Origin: Macrostomum lignano
Lineage: Eukaryota
Direction of reading: 5' to 3'
NCBI GenBank assembly: GCA_002269645.1
Contig: NIVC01001319.1
Coordinates: forward strand, 124,001-188,000
DNA length: 64,000 nt
Shown here: positions 14,201 through 27,085 of the stretch, piece after piece
Layout of the letters: the number at the start of each line of letters is the position of its first letter
How positions within the stretch are numbered: position 1 is the stretch's first letter
The notes under the pieces: generated by a model
The model's database searches: none
Told to the model about the DNA's origin: nothing
Seen by the model: only the letters and a program-made list of their open reading frames with translations
Position numbers and translations under genes: made by a program

Positions 14201-14800
14201 TGTCTAGCCTGTCTCTAATGCCTTCAGCTAGAGCTTCTACTACGTCATTAGCGTCCATTAGGTTTTTTAAATTCTGAATTGTCGCTTCTGTAATTCTTCT
14301 TAACTGAATCAGTGAAAGTAAAATACTCCTGAGTCACTGATCTAGTAGCTGGTGTAATTAATTGCGTCTAATCGTGAACAGAACTGCTAGACTGCGTGAT
14401 CTCTACACTTTTATTTATTTATTGGGTCCATTAAGACCTTGTCTATCAATTTTGACAATGCTAGCTAAATAGAAGCGTTAATCCGTTCTTATCTGTTAAT
14501 CCTAGGATTAGGATTATCGTCTTAGTCTTCAGTATTTTAGGCTTAAAAACCTTCGCACCTGATTTTGACTTTTCGAAACGTTATATTCGCAGGTTATACT
14601 TTTGCTATTTTTACTAGTTGCACCAGTTCTAATTTTTGCTTTTGTGTTTTACTAATCCGCTAAGCTGCCACCAATTGGAATAGGCGTATTTCCTCGCGGT
14701 CTAAGCTACTGGTTTATTCTCTTTTCTGCTTTTCTTAATCCTTACTTCTACAGTTCTACTTGGTAGATTGGTAACACCAGACTTCCCCTTATTCCCCTTA
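11280..14800 (-). mobile_element. Decayed Gypsy LTR retrotransposon interior (PBS, gag, protease, spacer, RT)
   Basis: PBS-like TGGTGGCAGC at 14673; gag N-terminus NDVVEALAEGIRDRLDIRKHIKIQKCTPYQDIDVW; protease LLDTGS (12812-13126); RT [44 protein letters not shown], YLDD at 11649-11660; many stops. Confidence 0.9.
13583..14090 (-). pseudogene. P-element/THAP9-family transposase C-terminal fragment
   Basis: GLSDETSMALSHT...FEYVFLGAMQSDPLEGRFRWYR...NYYVS matches the QxDxLE catalytic-Glu region of P-family transposases. Confidence 0.75.
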
Positions 14801-16627
14801 TAGTTAATGTTTAAATTAAAATAAGTAGGACACAAGTGGATTTCATTTAATTTTATTAGAAGAGAACATTATTATTTGACCTTAATATGCAAAGAGTACG
14901 TACACAATTAGTTCCTATTATAATAAGTTTCAGTAGACTTTGTCTCTGAAAACGGGTCCTAACGGAAAATCCCAAACGGATGCTTTTCCCGACGCTCAAT
15001 AGCTCTATACTAATAGGCAAACCCACTTCAGCGCGATTTCCCATCGCTTCTATTACTTTCCCGAGGTTGATCTACTATTTGCAGTGTAAAAGCACAAACT
15101 GCTTATTCTTAATTTCGACCTTTTAAATAATTTCTTTTGGACGAATGATAATCTAGCTGTGCAAACGCCTTATAAAAAGATAAGCAAAACTGCTTTGAAA
15201 TAACCCCCTACTACAGAAAGAATCTCGAGTGACTTAAAACAACGCTTAGTGATACTGGAATGAGTGCAACCTCACAGGCTAAATTTACGGGCCATCTTGT
15301 CATAAAATGCGAGCGTATGTGCAACAATCGCGGAAACAGACTTTGAGAAAGTTTTCCCACGAGTCGCTTAAAAAAGCAGAAACTAGAAGCGAAAAATAAA
15401 CTTTTTGCTTTTAAAAATTGCTTTAGTTTAAGCTCGAAGTCATTAAATATAATCAAAAGCATCAATAGTAAAGTGTTAAAACGCTGATGCATATAATTAT
15501 TTGAGTCACAGAGTAGAGCCTTTTTTAGTTTTAGCAGTAGTGCTTAATAAGCCGTTATTAAAATATTCTGAGAAGCAAATAATAACTTAATTTGTCTTCA
15601 TAGAAACAGCGATCAGCCTTTATTCGCGATGACCAATTCTTCCGTGCATTGACGGTGTGTTTGGAAGATCATGAAGTGTCTCATGAAGTGGCTTATCACG
15701 AGGAGCCTGCCTTAGACCCAGATAATGAACGTGAAGTACTGACTGTTAGCTTCCTGATTAAGTTTCAGGCACTTAAGATCTACCTTAAGTTCCGGCGCCT
15801 TTTCTATCGGAAGCTTTTCAGTCGTAATGTAGTGCTGCGTTACGTAATGCTGTGCTGCAACCAGTGCCTTCGAGTCTCAGCCTTCGGTGATGTGACGGTC
15901 CCGTCGGAACGAGTGAGATTATCACTTCGTGCCGATTTTGCAGTCAAGCAGTGTGACTGGCTCACATGATATAAGGGAATGAGCGCACTAGTGAAGAAAA
16001 TAGTAACCTTGGAACCGGAAAACAGTCCTGCCACTAGTGAACCACTAGTGACCACCACAGAGCGCGATCCAAGAACAAGCGTAACCAAGCCGCCAAGCAC
16101 TGTAAACAGGAGCACAAAGGGAGCGGGAGGGAACAGAGCAGAAAAGGGAGGGGGAGTGGCAGATGAGAGCTCAGAGCGAGGGCGAGGAAAACTGCTGACA
16201 GAAGGGAGATGCTTAACAGCTAAAATAGCGTCTCACTACAGACGAATTATCTATGAATCCTTGAAATCTCCCATGCATTTCCATGATGAGTTTACACCCA
16301 TGATCATTTATACGAATCATTTATACGTATTAATGCTAATCCACCCATGACCATCCATACTACTTACGTTCGATTACTTTCTACTAGGAGTTATCTCCGT
16401 GATGGCTACCATGACTATCTTTGTAAAGTATTAGATGCTATAACCTGCTCTGCCGACCGCCGCCGAATTGGTGTGTGTTTTACTGCGATTCGATGTCGAG
16501 CCTTTTCCGGGCTAATGTATGTCGATTTTCTATATTTAGAATTTTGCTACTTCTTCGGCTACTTAAGAGACCTAAAATATGTTATAAAAATGGCATTTTT
16601 GTATTACAAAATATTAAACACAATATA

Positions 16628-18293
16628 CCCTACTCTCCTCGCATGGATAAATCATGGATGAAGCATCCATGATGCCATATATGGATCATACCTGATCATA
16701 CATGGCTCCACGAGAACTTCATCCATAGTTACTTTCCATCCATGTACATTGAAGTATGATTTTAAATATAATTTTTCTTACTACACTACTGTTAGTAAAA
16801 AAGCAATGTTTGCGTAGATTTAATTTTTAAGCTGAAATTTTCTAAACAAATTCGGCAGCATCTTTAGTGCTTCTGTGAAATGTTCCCATTCCCTTATAAA
16901 TCACTTTCAAAACTTAAAAAGTAGGAGAACAAATACTTATGCAAATAAATATAGAAGTAATTGAAAACTCGTATGATGACCCCATTTTGAGGCTTTATAT
17001 ATACTCAATAACTAAATATTATACATATAAATGCAACTTAAAATCTTATTTGTGCAAGTTCCAAATTTTATTCATTAGTTATTGTACTTGGCCAATAGGG
17101 AGACCCAAATGTAATGGTCACATATTGCTCATCATGGCCAACATTGTGAAGAATAAAGCAGAAAAAATGCTGAATTGTCATTCGCAAATTTAGAAGTACT
17201 TTTTTGCCTGCTTTCGAAGAGGCCTAGAATTAGATGCACTCAATCCAATATTGTCCATTTCAATTTTTTCTGAAAAAAAGTTTCACAAGTAGATAAGATT
17301 CAAGAATCAATCAAGAGGCCAATCAACAAACCAATTAGAATTGTATATGAAAAAAATGTTAATGTAGGGACCATATGATTTTAAACAAAAATTATAATAT
17401 AAGGCCTACATAAAGTTGTTCCATTGTGAATTTTCTCAAATAAAGTAGACAATATTAATAGGGCCTAGTCTAGTTTTGATTATAGACTGTATATTAGATA
17501 CAAAGGACATCTTGAAGTTTAGTACTATCAAATACTTCATTTTTTATTATTTTGAAACTGTACCAGATGATTTTTATCATTAGGCCTTATGCCACCTTAG
17601 GCCTTTGCTTAGGCCTACCTATCATTATAAAAATGCATCAAAATATCATTTGAAAATATACCTCTAACCCCTATAGGTTATCTTTGCATCCCTAAAACAA
17701 TAGGGTTTCTAATATATCTACAAATATAATTTTCACTGTAGATCAAAATTAGCATGCCAAAAAACCTTACAAGCCACCAAATTTTAAAGCTAGCTACCAA
17801 CAGTGAAACTTGAAGTTTTTTATAGAACTAAAGTTAAAAAAATAGCTAAGACAAAACAAAAACATAGTGACACACATAATGAAATGATGACAACATGTAA
17901 GAGTGACAGAGTCCTCTTAGAAAGCTGGAAAAATAGGCCCAGTAATTTATGCTAACACGAAGTTAAGTTCGTAATTAATTAAACCGAAACAAAATGGCCT
18001 ACAAAATTGCTGGTAATATATTCAAAGCAATTAGTAGGCGGAGATTATAACAAATTTATTGAACAATATTTTGTATTCACAAACTAGACTTTAATAAATA
18101 TATTTAAAAATTTACCAGATTTGCATAAAATAGCCTGAAATTTTTTAAGCTTAGATATTTCTTTTCCCGTATGAACTCTCTGGCATGGATGATTTTACCA
18201 TGAAAGGTTTTAAAAATCCATGCAGGAAAATACCATGAACATGCATGATTTTCAATGGATCATAGATGATTTATCCATGATGAGAGAGTAGGG
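16628..18293. mobile_element. Non-autonomous DNA transposon (MITE) with CCC termini and TA TSD, probably EnSpm/CACTA-related
   Basis: TIRs of about 30 bp (CCCTACTCTC...CATGGATAAATCAT); TA at 16626-16627 and 18294-18295; subterminal CATG/CATGGAT-rich repeats; AT-rich non-coding interior. Confidence 0.8.
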
Positions 18294-20699
18294 TACACTT
18301 GTTTTTGTAGGCCTTGATCGTGACAATAGAAACGGAAAATACCTAAATGACTACAAGAAATGCGGATTTTTATAATATCCAAAACTAAAGGGTAAGAAAC
18401 GATGAAACAAATAGCATGAACTTCCAGTCATTATTGCAAGAAAGTGCAAAACAAATTTTCATGATTGCAGCAACAGGTCTGGTTAGAGCGAAATTTCCAC
18501 ATTAACATTGGTTACAACACCATTATGTTTTAACGGGATAGCCATTTGATCTATTACTGTTAGAGTATTAGACGGTAACGAATTGCCTGTTCGTCCAAGT
18601 GTAATATGTCAGGCGATCAGTTCGCCTGCGTTTATTGACTACTGGCTCAACTGGAATTGCTTGTTCTATTATATTTTCGGAATTACTCATTGAGCAAAAG
18701 AGAGAACCCTCTCCCGAACTGTGGTCTTTCTTCCGAACGGGTTCATATTTTCCATCATCGGCAGTTGCATTATTTGTCTCTGTTTGAGTCGAGACATCTG
18801 CTTCGCTACTGGAAAGAGCTGTCTCTTCTTCGTCGCTGTTGGACAGAGGAGCTTCATCTTCACTCTTCAGCTTTATCTGCGTCGCTACTGGACTGAGCAA
18901 CTTTATCGACGTCGCTGCTGGTTAGAGCAGCCGAAAGGCTTCGTAGAAAATATTTCTCTTAGCCTTGCAGATGGGTGTGGCTTAGCTTAATGTACTCAGA
19001 CAAAGCCGCCATGCAAAATGTGATTTTTGAGTAGTCCTAGACAACGCTTAGTAGCACTTTCAGAGAACATGTCCGGTAGCAAACTTCAGGTAACGGCATC
19101 TTGAATTCGTGATCGAGGATTTCTAACATATCATAGAGGATTCTCTTGCTGATCAATGGTAAAATATATAATTCAAAGCTGTTAGTATTATTATTGCCTG
19201 TTTTGGACAGGTAAAAGGGCTTTGGATTTTCGGCTGGCACACTAAGCACAAACTCCGACAGTATTCGTAGTATCAACACGAATGCTTTCGATGCGTTGCC
19301 AAAACGGCGATAACCGCATTAGTTTTTTGTCCCCAGATTTTTATGCTGGGTATAACGTCGGGGCATCTTTCACCTTCGGAGAACGTCAACTCTTCAAAGC
19401 CAATTTGTCGCAGCGTTTTTTTGTAGGAAATCACGAGAAGAGGCGTCAGCAAGCCTTAAGGCAGAAAAATGAGTAGTTTCGATTTTCTGACGATTAATCA
19501 TTAAAAATAGCGGGAATTTATTGCTCCAACCTCCAAAAACTCAAAGGACGATAGCTCCACTCTATTGCAGCAAATTACAAAGTAAAGCGCCGTTTTCGTC
19601 CCGTCAGAGCATTGATGGCAGACCAGGCCACGCGCCCTCTGGCATCGGGCCCAGCAGCAGAGACGGCCTGAATGGCGCTTGAGATAGATAGCCGCCAGTA
19701 CATTCTCTGCTCAGACTCTCTATCTAATTTTGATCGATATCCGGGGCCAAGTGCTTTTAGTCCCTATTTGAGATTACTTTAGTGGGTTGGAGCAGGAACT
19801 AATAAAAATAGCACCACTGGACTGGAAGCTCCCCTCACGCATTTACTTTAGTGTTGGCAGTGTTATATTTATTATACGATATGACAAATAGTTAGGCCCT
19901 AAACAAACCTATTTTGAAGCGTTCGGAGATTTTAAAGCTATTGGCCCTATTTGTCTATCGCCAGTCGGCGAGTCCTACCAGTCCTTCTGAAAGACTGAAG
20001 AAAAAGAAGAACACGATCCGAATAGATGTAGAGAGAGGCCATTACGACAGTCTTAAATACTAACGGCATACGAAGGCGATTCGTTCGCAGACATTACTGC
20101 TCCTAGTATAATTATTTAGACTTTATGATGAGAATATATGAAAATGGAAAAAATATTGAATCAAGGTCAGGCTCTGAACAAACTTGTTTAAGAATAGTTA
20201 CGTGATCCAGAGGGAGGGAGGTGGAAGACTCCTCGGCTGTAAAAGTTTTAAATCGAAAACACGAATAGCACGAATACAGACTGGCTTATTGCTGTCCGTG
20301 AATGATGGCACCGATTCCATCCACGACCTTCACAGTCACGACCTTCTCCATCTGTGACGGCTAAAGCTACACAGAAGACAAGGTCACTCAGCGCAAGGCC
20401 ACTTGAAGATCCAACTTTTGCAGTTATGGACCACAGCTGGCGATCAGACGGGAGGCATATGGCGTCCTGCTAAAGCATGGTATTATATTTTAGCAGTGTT
20501 AAGTAAACGAGGCGTAGAGGCGGTGATTCATGAATATATATTTGAGAACAAGATAGCTTGCAAGAGGGCAGAAGGAAGCAACCGTTTGATTGCGAATGCC
20601 TTATATTTATAGTTTTTGCTATGGAACATTTCGGAGGAAAGATAAGTCTAAAGAGTACGCGCGTGAATTCAAATTACTATATTTAAATTCAACCAACAT

Positions 20700-22460
20700 T
20701 TTTCTCTGGCTTTCCAGTCACAACTTTTTCAGTAAATCGGTAGAGACCAAATCCTAGACTCATGAAGCTGTACGGCTGAGAATAAATTTCGCTCTCCGGC
20801 AGCAAAACTCTGTCCGTTGCCACTCTCTTAGTTGAATTAAGACGAATTAGCTCGTATCTCCAATGAAGCAAACGTTGTCCCTGACTTCTTTTACTTTCGT
20901 GCTATACTTCAGCGACTTAACTGGATCATCGCGCATCAAATTCCGAACACATAAAATCTCATTTACCAAATTGACAGCCAAGTGTCTTTTTACATCGATG
21001 CGTCTTTTAATAGCACCAAAGTAATATTCAGAAGGAAATGTCGTGATGTTACTTATGTTCCCATCATATATTGTAGCTGATGAATGTTTGTCCAAAGCTG
21101 TTTGCTCCAGAAAGACGTTGATTAGAGCTCTTAGCCTGATTCAAGTAGCTCGTACTTAGTATTCCTGTCGCTTGAGTAGATGTACATAGCGAAGTGCAAT
21201 GCCCGTAGAAGAAAATGATAGCACAGCAATTGCGGAAAGATCCTTAAAACAAAATAGGACCAAAATTAAAAAAAAAACTGGTGATATCCACTGGCCATGA
21301 AGAACCGCAAATTAGTAAGTCGTCTAGGTCTCCCTTGAAATTAGAGAATGTGTACTTAGCCAAAACAGAAATTTGGTCAGATAAACGCAAAACTGTATCT
21401 TTTTTGACTCTCTGGCCCCCTTCTGAGTCAAATTAGAAAGTAGAAAAATTTTCGTACCGCACCGAGCAACACCGCGTGTTAAAAATCGACTAAAAAGACC
21501 ACAAAGTCAACACTGAGCAATCGCAACAAAGTTAATGTTATTATTTTGCCAGTCTTTCGCTGTTGACTGGATTTCTGGCTAGCGCGATACATTTTCCCGC
21601 ATCGGCTCTCGCCCACCTCTGTTGAAAACCCATTTTCTTATTCAAGCAAGTACCAGGAGCTCTGCAAACACCGCATATATCATATGCAGTGTGTCCTAGA
21701 ATGCCACAAATGTAAGCTTTGGCCGGTTTATCTCAGACGAATCATATTGTTAAGATCATTATTTGCACAGAATCACTAATTCTTACTGGTCCAGAAAGAA
21801 ATATTGTTGCTTCATTGCCGAAGTCCCGTAGATAAGCTCCAAGAGGCGGTTTTCATTGTCCGGCATTAATACCGACAGGAAAGGGTCCGAAATGTGTCAG
21901 GAATCATCATCAGGATTGGCCAGGCACCGAATTGAGAATATTAAAAAAGTGGGAGTCCATTCGAATTGGCAAGTGCCTAAACGCTGTATACCTAGTTTCA
22001 CTGGTGGCTGTCGGCTTTTTCTAAGGAGCAACGCAAATTCTTGCCAATTCCGAGCCACCGAAATTGGACCTCCCCTCTCGCCTCAAGCGAGGTGTCAGCT
22101 TTGGGCTTGTCGCCTTTAAAACTTTGTTGATAATGTATTTCGGGCCTGCACTCATAGGTTGCGTAAGCCTCCAAGGAGAAGCTTTATTCCATCACGTGGC
22201 ACCTTGCAGAGAATTAATAAGAATTAGAAGTGCCTCGAGCTTCTCCTCAAAGCTTAGCTTGTCTTCGCCATTAAACTTCTCTTTACTTTCAATTTTTGCT
22301 GTCGACCGCAATTCGTCAAAATGGGTTTCCTCCCCAACGTCAAGGCAAGGCCTAACACGGCTTGGTCCATCGACAGGCGGTGTCTTTTCTGTTTCTTCGT
22401 CCTTCGGTTTTTCAGCAGCCTCTGCTCGTCAGTTTTCGTTCAAGACTGGTCGAGGAGAAG
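20700..22460 (-). pseudogene. Highly degraded EnSpm/CACTA transposase (copy 1)
   Basis: Manual translation gives GPFPVGINAG*KPP...YLRDF, FV*DKPAKAYICGILGHTAYDICGVC, YHFLLRALHFAMYIYSSD, TNIHQL, TTFPSEYYFGAIKR. Confidence 0.75.
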
Positions 22461-23624
22461 TTTAAGAAGGTATTCATTTGTCTTGCGCCAAATAGTCCAT
22501 TTCAATTCAAAAAAATAATTTGGCTTTAAAGAAAAGCAACGCTGAAGTGAATGTAATTTTTGCAAATTTCGATTTCGATTCGCTAGTGACCGATAGTTAC
22601 TAGTAGAGAAGATCGGATTAGGTCGTGGAAGCACGGAGAGCAGGGCTTTGGGGGAGCAGTAATTGAGGTAGAGAGTGGGAGAGGGGTTTTGGTTGTACAG
22701 ACCCAGCGAATAAGAGACCGAGCTTCACCTCGTTGAAAATTCGTTTCAGCAACCTTAACTTCTTCTCTCAAATCATTGCTTCGTCTTTCATTAAACTGCA
22801 GTCCTACTATCTTTGCAACTTGACGATCCTACTAAAAATGATGTCAAATTTCATTCTGGAAGTTTAATTATTTATATTGTGAGATTTAAGTATTACTCTT
22901 CCTAGCAAGCTGCAAGACCCCAGTAGGTTGGAGTGGCTTGAACCAAGAAATTCTACAGAGCGATGGCTTTGCGAAGCTGTGTACGAGGGTGAGACATCTT
23001 GGGCAGGTGAGTACTTGCAGGTAAATATTTCTTTTTTAACTAATTATTATATTGAAGCGTTCAATAATTAATTTTCCTAAGTACTCTTAAATCGAAATGG
23101 TGAAAAAGAATCGTACTGGTAAATTTTCGATTAAGGTGTTTTTGGACAATGACGACGGTAATTTGGTTTGCACGGACGCCAGAATTATCTCCCTGCGGAA
23201 GCTGATTCGAAAGAGAAAAAAATTCCGGTGATTCTCAAGACCTAAAAAGAAAAAGACTGTCTGCCAAATGCATTAGCATTTGGCCTCCCTTCTCCGGCTT
23301 AGGACAGACTACCAAGTGTGGAGTTTTTCCCGTAGACAGCATCAATTACGGTACGGATTGAGCGATTAAGTGGGTATAAAGTTAAGCCTCTATGGCAACC
23401 CAGAGAAACAAAATTAATTCCCCTTCCAGTAAACGACTCTACTTGCAGCTCGACTGCTCACAAGTCGCGTCTTTTCTCAACTTTACTAATACTGTTGTTA
23501 CATTTGCTGATTCATCATAGAGTAAATAGACAAAGCTACTCACTGTGAGCATCCAGTTGTCTTGGTGTCATCCTCAATGCAGACTACAGTCGCGTAGAAT
23601 GCATGAGGGGGCTTCTGGGACAAT

Positions 23625-23749
23625 TTTTTTAACGTCCTCCATAATTCCATTAAATCCATCCATATTATCCCCAACAGAATCAGAAAAAAGGGGGGTCACA
23701 CTCGCTCACAAAACGTCCTCCATAATCCTATTAAATACACCCATATTAT
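23625..23749. repeat. Satellite-like tandem unit (about 70-85 bp), left of the CACTA insertion
   Basis: CATAAT-CCATTAAATCCATCCATATTATCCCC-ACAGAATCAG...CACTCGCTC-CAAAACGTC recurs here and at 33442-33660. Confidence 0.75.
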
Positions 23750-24760
23750 CCCGCTGGAAAACGGAGCGCGAAATACGCCTAAAATGCGCTTTAAAAACGC
23801 TCCGGGGGAGGGGTGGGTGGGGGTGCGCGGCTATGGGGAGGATGGGGGAGCTTCGCGTAAACTTGGCGTAAACATAGCAGGTTGTGCGTAAAGAAGCGTA
23901 AAACAGGCGTAAAACTGAGGCACATTTTCAGAAACCGCCAAAAATACGCCTAGAAACCGCCCACGCACGCCTAACCAGCTGGGGTTTGGGGTGGGGTTAA
24001 CGCTCGCGGTACGCTTGAAATACGCCTTGCCCGCTAATCTTACGCCCGCGGTACGCTTGAGATACGCATGTTGCCAGCCTGGCATACGCCAGTGCTACGC
24101 TTGAAATACGCCTTGCCCGGTAATTGCTTACGCCGCGGTACTTCGGGAATACACTGTACTAGCTGCGTCCCGTACGTAGAAAATAATCAAAAGTGTAAGA
24201 GATAATGGCTGAAAATTTTTAGCTAGTTACCTTAATTGGTTTTTTTAATTTATAACACAACTAGGAACGTATGTATTTAATTAAATATTATTTTTTAACA
24301 TTAACATTAACATTAATTCGCTGGCAAATGACTGAGCAAAAAGACAAGCTGCATAAAAGTCGTAGCTGTAACAAGAAAGTAATACAAACAGCAAAGAAAG
24401 TTGTAAACGTAAATCTTGAACTGGAACATAATAAAATGCTGTGGAGCTGGAGCAGCAAAAACAGTGGAGCTGGAAATGTAATGAGAGCCACAATGTAATT
24501 TTTTTGTTTTTTTGTAATGCAATGCAAAGTACTAAATAACAATAAAAGCATGGCGCTGTTGAGTCAAACTCAACAGATATCCCGGTGCAGCAATAATGAA
24601 CTTTTCGCCGGGACAAATTTTGTGGGGAATCACTAGTAACTTGCAACTGAAAAAACAGTGGATGAGTTGAAGCTAGCTTGCAAGAGCGCTTTTAAACCAG
24701 CATGAAGACGAAAACGTGTAACCATTTTTGTGATGTTATTTTGACACAGATTATACGTTT

Positions 24761-27085
24761 TTAGGCAGACGCAGTCGCCGCCGGTTCAGAGCCATCATTA
24801 ACCACTGGTGCAGATCCCCTATTCGCCGCCGGTTCAGGATTAGACGCATTCGCCGCATTCGCCGGCCGTGATTGCAGTGTGATAGCAGACGGGAGCACGA
24901 GAAATGCCCGCAGATGAATTGCCCGCCGAGATTTGCCCGCAGGAGATTTGCCCGTGGAGATTTGCCCGCCGAGAATTGCCCGCCGAGATTTGCCCGCAGT
25001 GCAATTTTCCCGCGAGTGAATTGCCCGCGAGCGAATTGCCCGCCGAGTTTTTTCCCGCCGAGGTTTGCCTGCAATGCTTTTTTGCAGCGCATTTGGCAGC
25101 TAGATTCTGTCTACATTGCTCCCCCCAAAATATGCATTTGATATGCAGTTACTATCAAAACGTTTTGATCGTGTAAATCTCTTTATTGAGATTAACACGT
25201 ACAAAGCATTGGGAAGGCAATGCAGACAAAATCTGACGCGTGGCTAAATGCGCTGCAGGAAAAAAGCATTGCGGGCAAACCTCGGCGGGAAAAAACTCGG
25301 CGGGCAATTCGCTCGCGGGCAAAATGCACTGCGGGCAAATCTCGGCGGGCAATTCTCGGCGGGCAAATCTCCACGGGCAATTCGCTCACGGGCAAAATGC
25401 ACTGCGGGCAAATCTCCGCGGGAAAAGCTCGGCGGGCAAATCTCCTGCGGGCAAATCTCGGCGGGCAATACGTCTGCGGGCAATTCTCATGGACCCATAG
25501 CAGACTCTGCATGGCGGGGGCGCTTTTCGGCTTGCGTATCGCCACCTCCAGGGGCAGGACGAGCAGCCTTCGGGCGCGAGCCCCGCCGACTGTTGTCGGC
25601 CATGTTCTTAAACACGGCCCGGACCTCGTCGTTGCAGTCAGCAATGCCGGCCTCCGTCAACAGGAAAGACGCCAGGACGTCAAGCTTTGCAGCCGACGGA
25701 GCCTGCATCATTTTCTCGGGGCTGTTAGCAGCGCCGGGCCGGCGGGTCTTGCCGGACCAGCTGCTGATTTGCAGCTCCTCTTTGGTGAAGAGGGCCTGCA
25801 GCAGCTTCCGGATCAGGCGGCTCCGATTGTGAGCGTCCGGGTCCCGCTTGAAGTCACTTAGTGCCGACCGAACGACGACGGCGGTGAGGGCAGGAACCTG
25901 ACAGTGTAATGAAATACACGGAATAACGGAAGTGATTGCAAGTAAAAATACTTGGTTTTGTAAAAAATCAGTGTGACGCCTTACCAAGATATTATAGCCG
26001 GCCAATAGTGGCGTCATCGTGCCGCTCGCCCCGCCTGCAGCCAGGTCCTGCTGATGCACAGCAGCAGCGGCGGCCATGGGCTGGGCGGACACGGTGGTGG
26101 CTGCAGTGGCAGCAGAGAACGACACCGCCTCCGTGGAGTAGAGCTGCGACAAAAACGTAGACTCGGTTGCCGCAGCCTCATCACGACGATTTTCCAGACA
26201 ATGATGGCGTTGTAGCGCGCTTCGAGGTGCCAGGTCCCCCTGCAGGTGCTGCCGAGTGGACTGCACCCACTCAACGACGTTGCGCTGCAATGCCAGGAGG
26301 TCAGAATCCAGACGGTGTCGGTCGGCGTCTCGGTCCGCCAACACATTCCGCAGGTGGTCAATCTCCATCCGGAGAGATGCAACCTCTGCATGGTGTGCAC
26401 TCGCGGCCTCGGCGACCTGTTCGCGCAGCTCGACGATCGTCGCGTCAAGGCGGTTGGCGGTCGTCCGGGCCTCGCCGAGTTGCTCCTCCAGCAAGCTGCA
26501 CTGGTGGCACGGACCTGTGGGAGCGTCGTCAGCTTCGCCGGCAGCTTCTTCGTTGACTGTCGCTAGCGCGGCAGGCTGACTGTTTTCCGCGCCTTCAGAG
26601 ACAGACGGGGCAGCGGGCTCCGTATTGATTACTGGAGGGATTGTGTGGGCGTGGGAGAGGGGGACTTGTAGTGCATCCGAGACAGTGTGGACTTGGACTT
26701 CGCAAATGTTTAACCCGGTATCAATATCTTTGAGCTTACCTTCGTGTAGACGCACAGGCTGATGACTGCGTCGGTCGGGGTGATTATGGAACTGTGTATT
26801 GCAGCCGTCGCACGTATGCTGACCTACAGGGGGCAGCGGTCGCAATGGAACTCGGGGGGCCAGGACCCGCAGAATGTGCACAGAATGGGTTGCTGGCTAG
26901 GAGTGGGATTCTCCACGTGTACAGCGACTTTTGGCTGGGAGTTAACATTGCGGCCCTTCTTCGGCTTGGTGCTTGCTGCTACTGCTGCTGCAGAAGCCTG
27001 CGCTGTTGCGCGCTGACTCGGCCTGCGCTGGGTCTTCGTCTGCTGCGTCTGCAAGGGGGGGGGCAAAACACCGCAGTCGCTGTAC
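24761..27085 (-). CDS. CACTA accessory gene: B-box-like zinc finger + coiled coil + BEN domain (spliced; one frameshift; C-terminus clipped by a MITE)
   Basis: C-x2-C...C-x2-C...C-x2-C-x4-H...H cluster at 26748-26880; heptad-rich helix about 26200-26500; GT-AG intron 25898-25984; LIRKLLQALFTKEELQISSWSG...KLDVL...VFKNMADNSRR; original stop at 24761-24763. Confidence 0.7.
24891..25496. mobile_element. Mutator-like foldback MITE, 606 bp
   Basis: 9-bp TSD ATAGCAGAC (24882-24890 and 25497-25505); long inverted arms built of TTGCCCGC units and starting with GGG; AT-rich core. Confidence 0.9.

Noticed and set aside
15828-16218. TG...CA segment resembling a solo LTR
   Set aside because: The flanks (CGTAA and GCTAA) are not a TSD, and there is no second copy, PBS or PPT.
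24872-25644. Many overlapping ORFs with CPPRFAR / ANLGGQ repeats
   Set aside because: They are products of the MITE's tandem TTGCCCGC arms.
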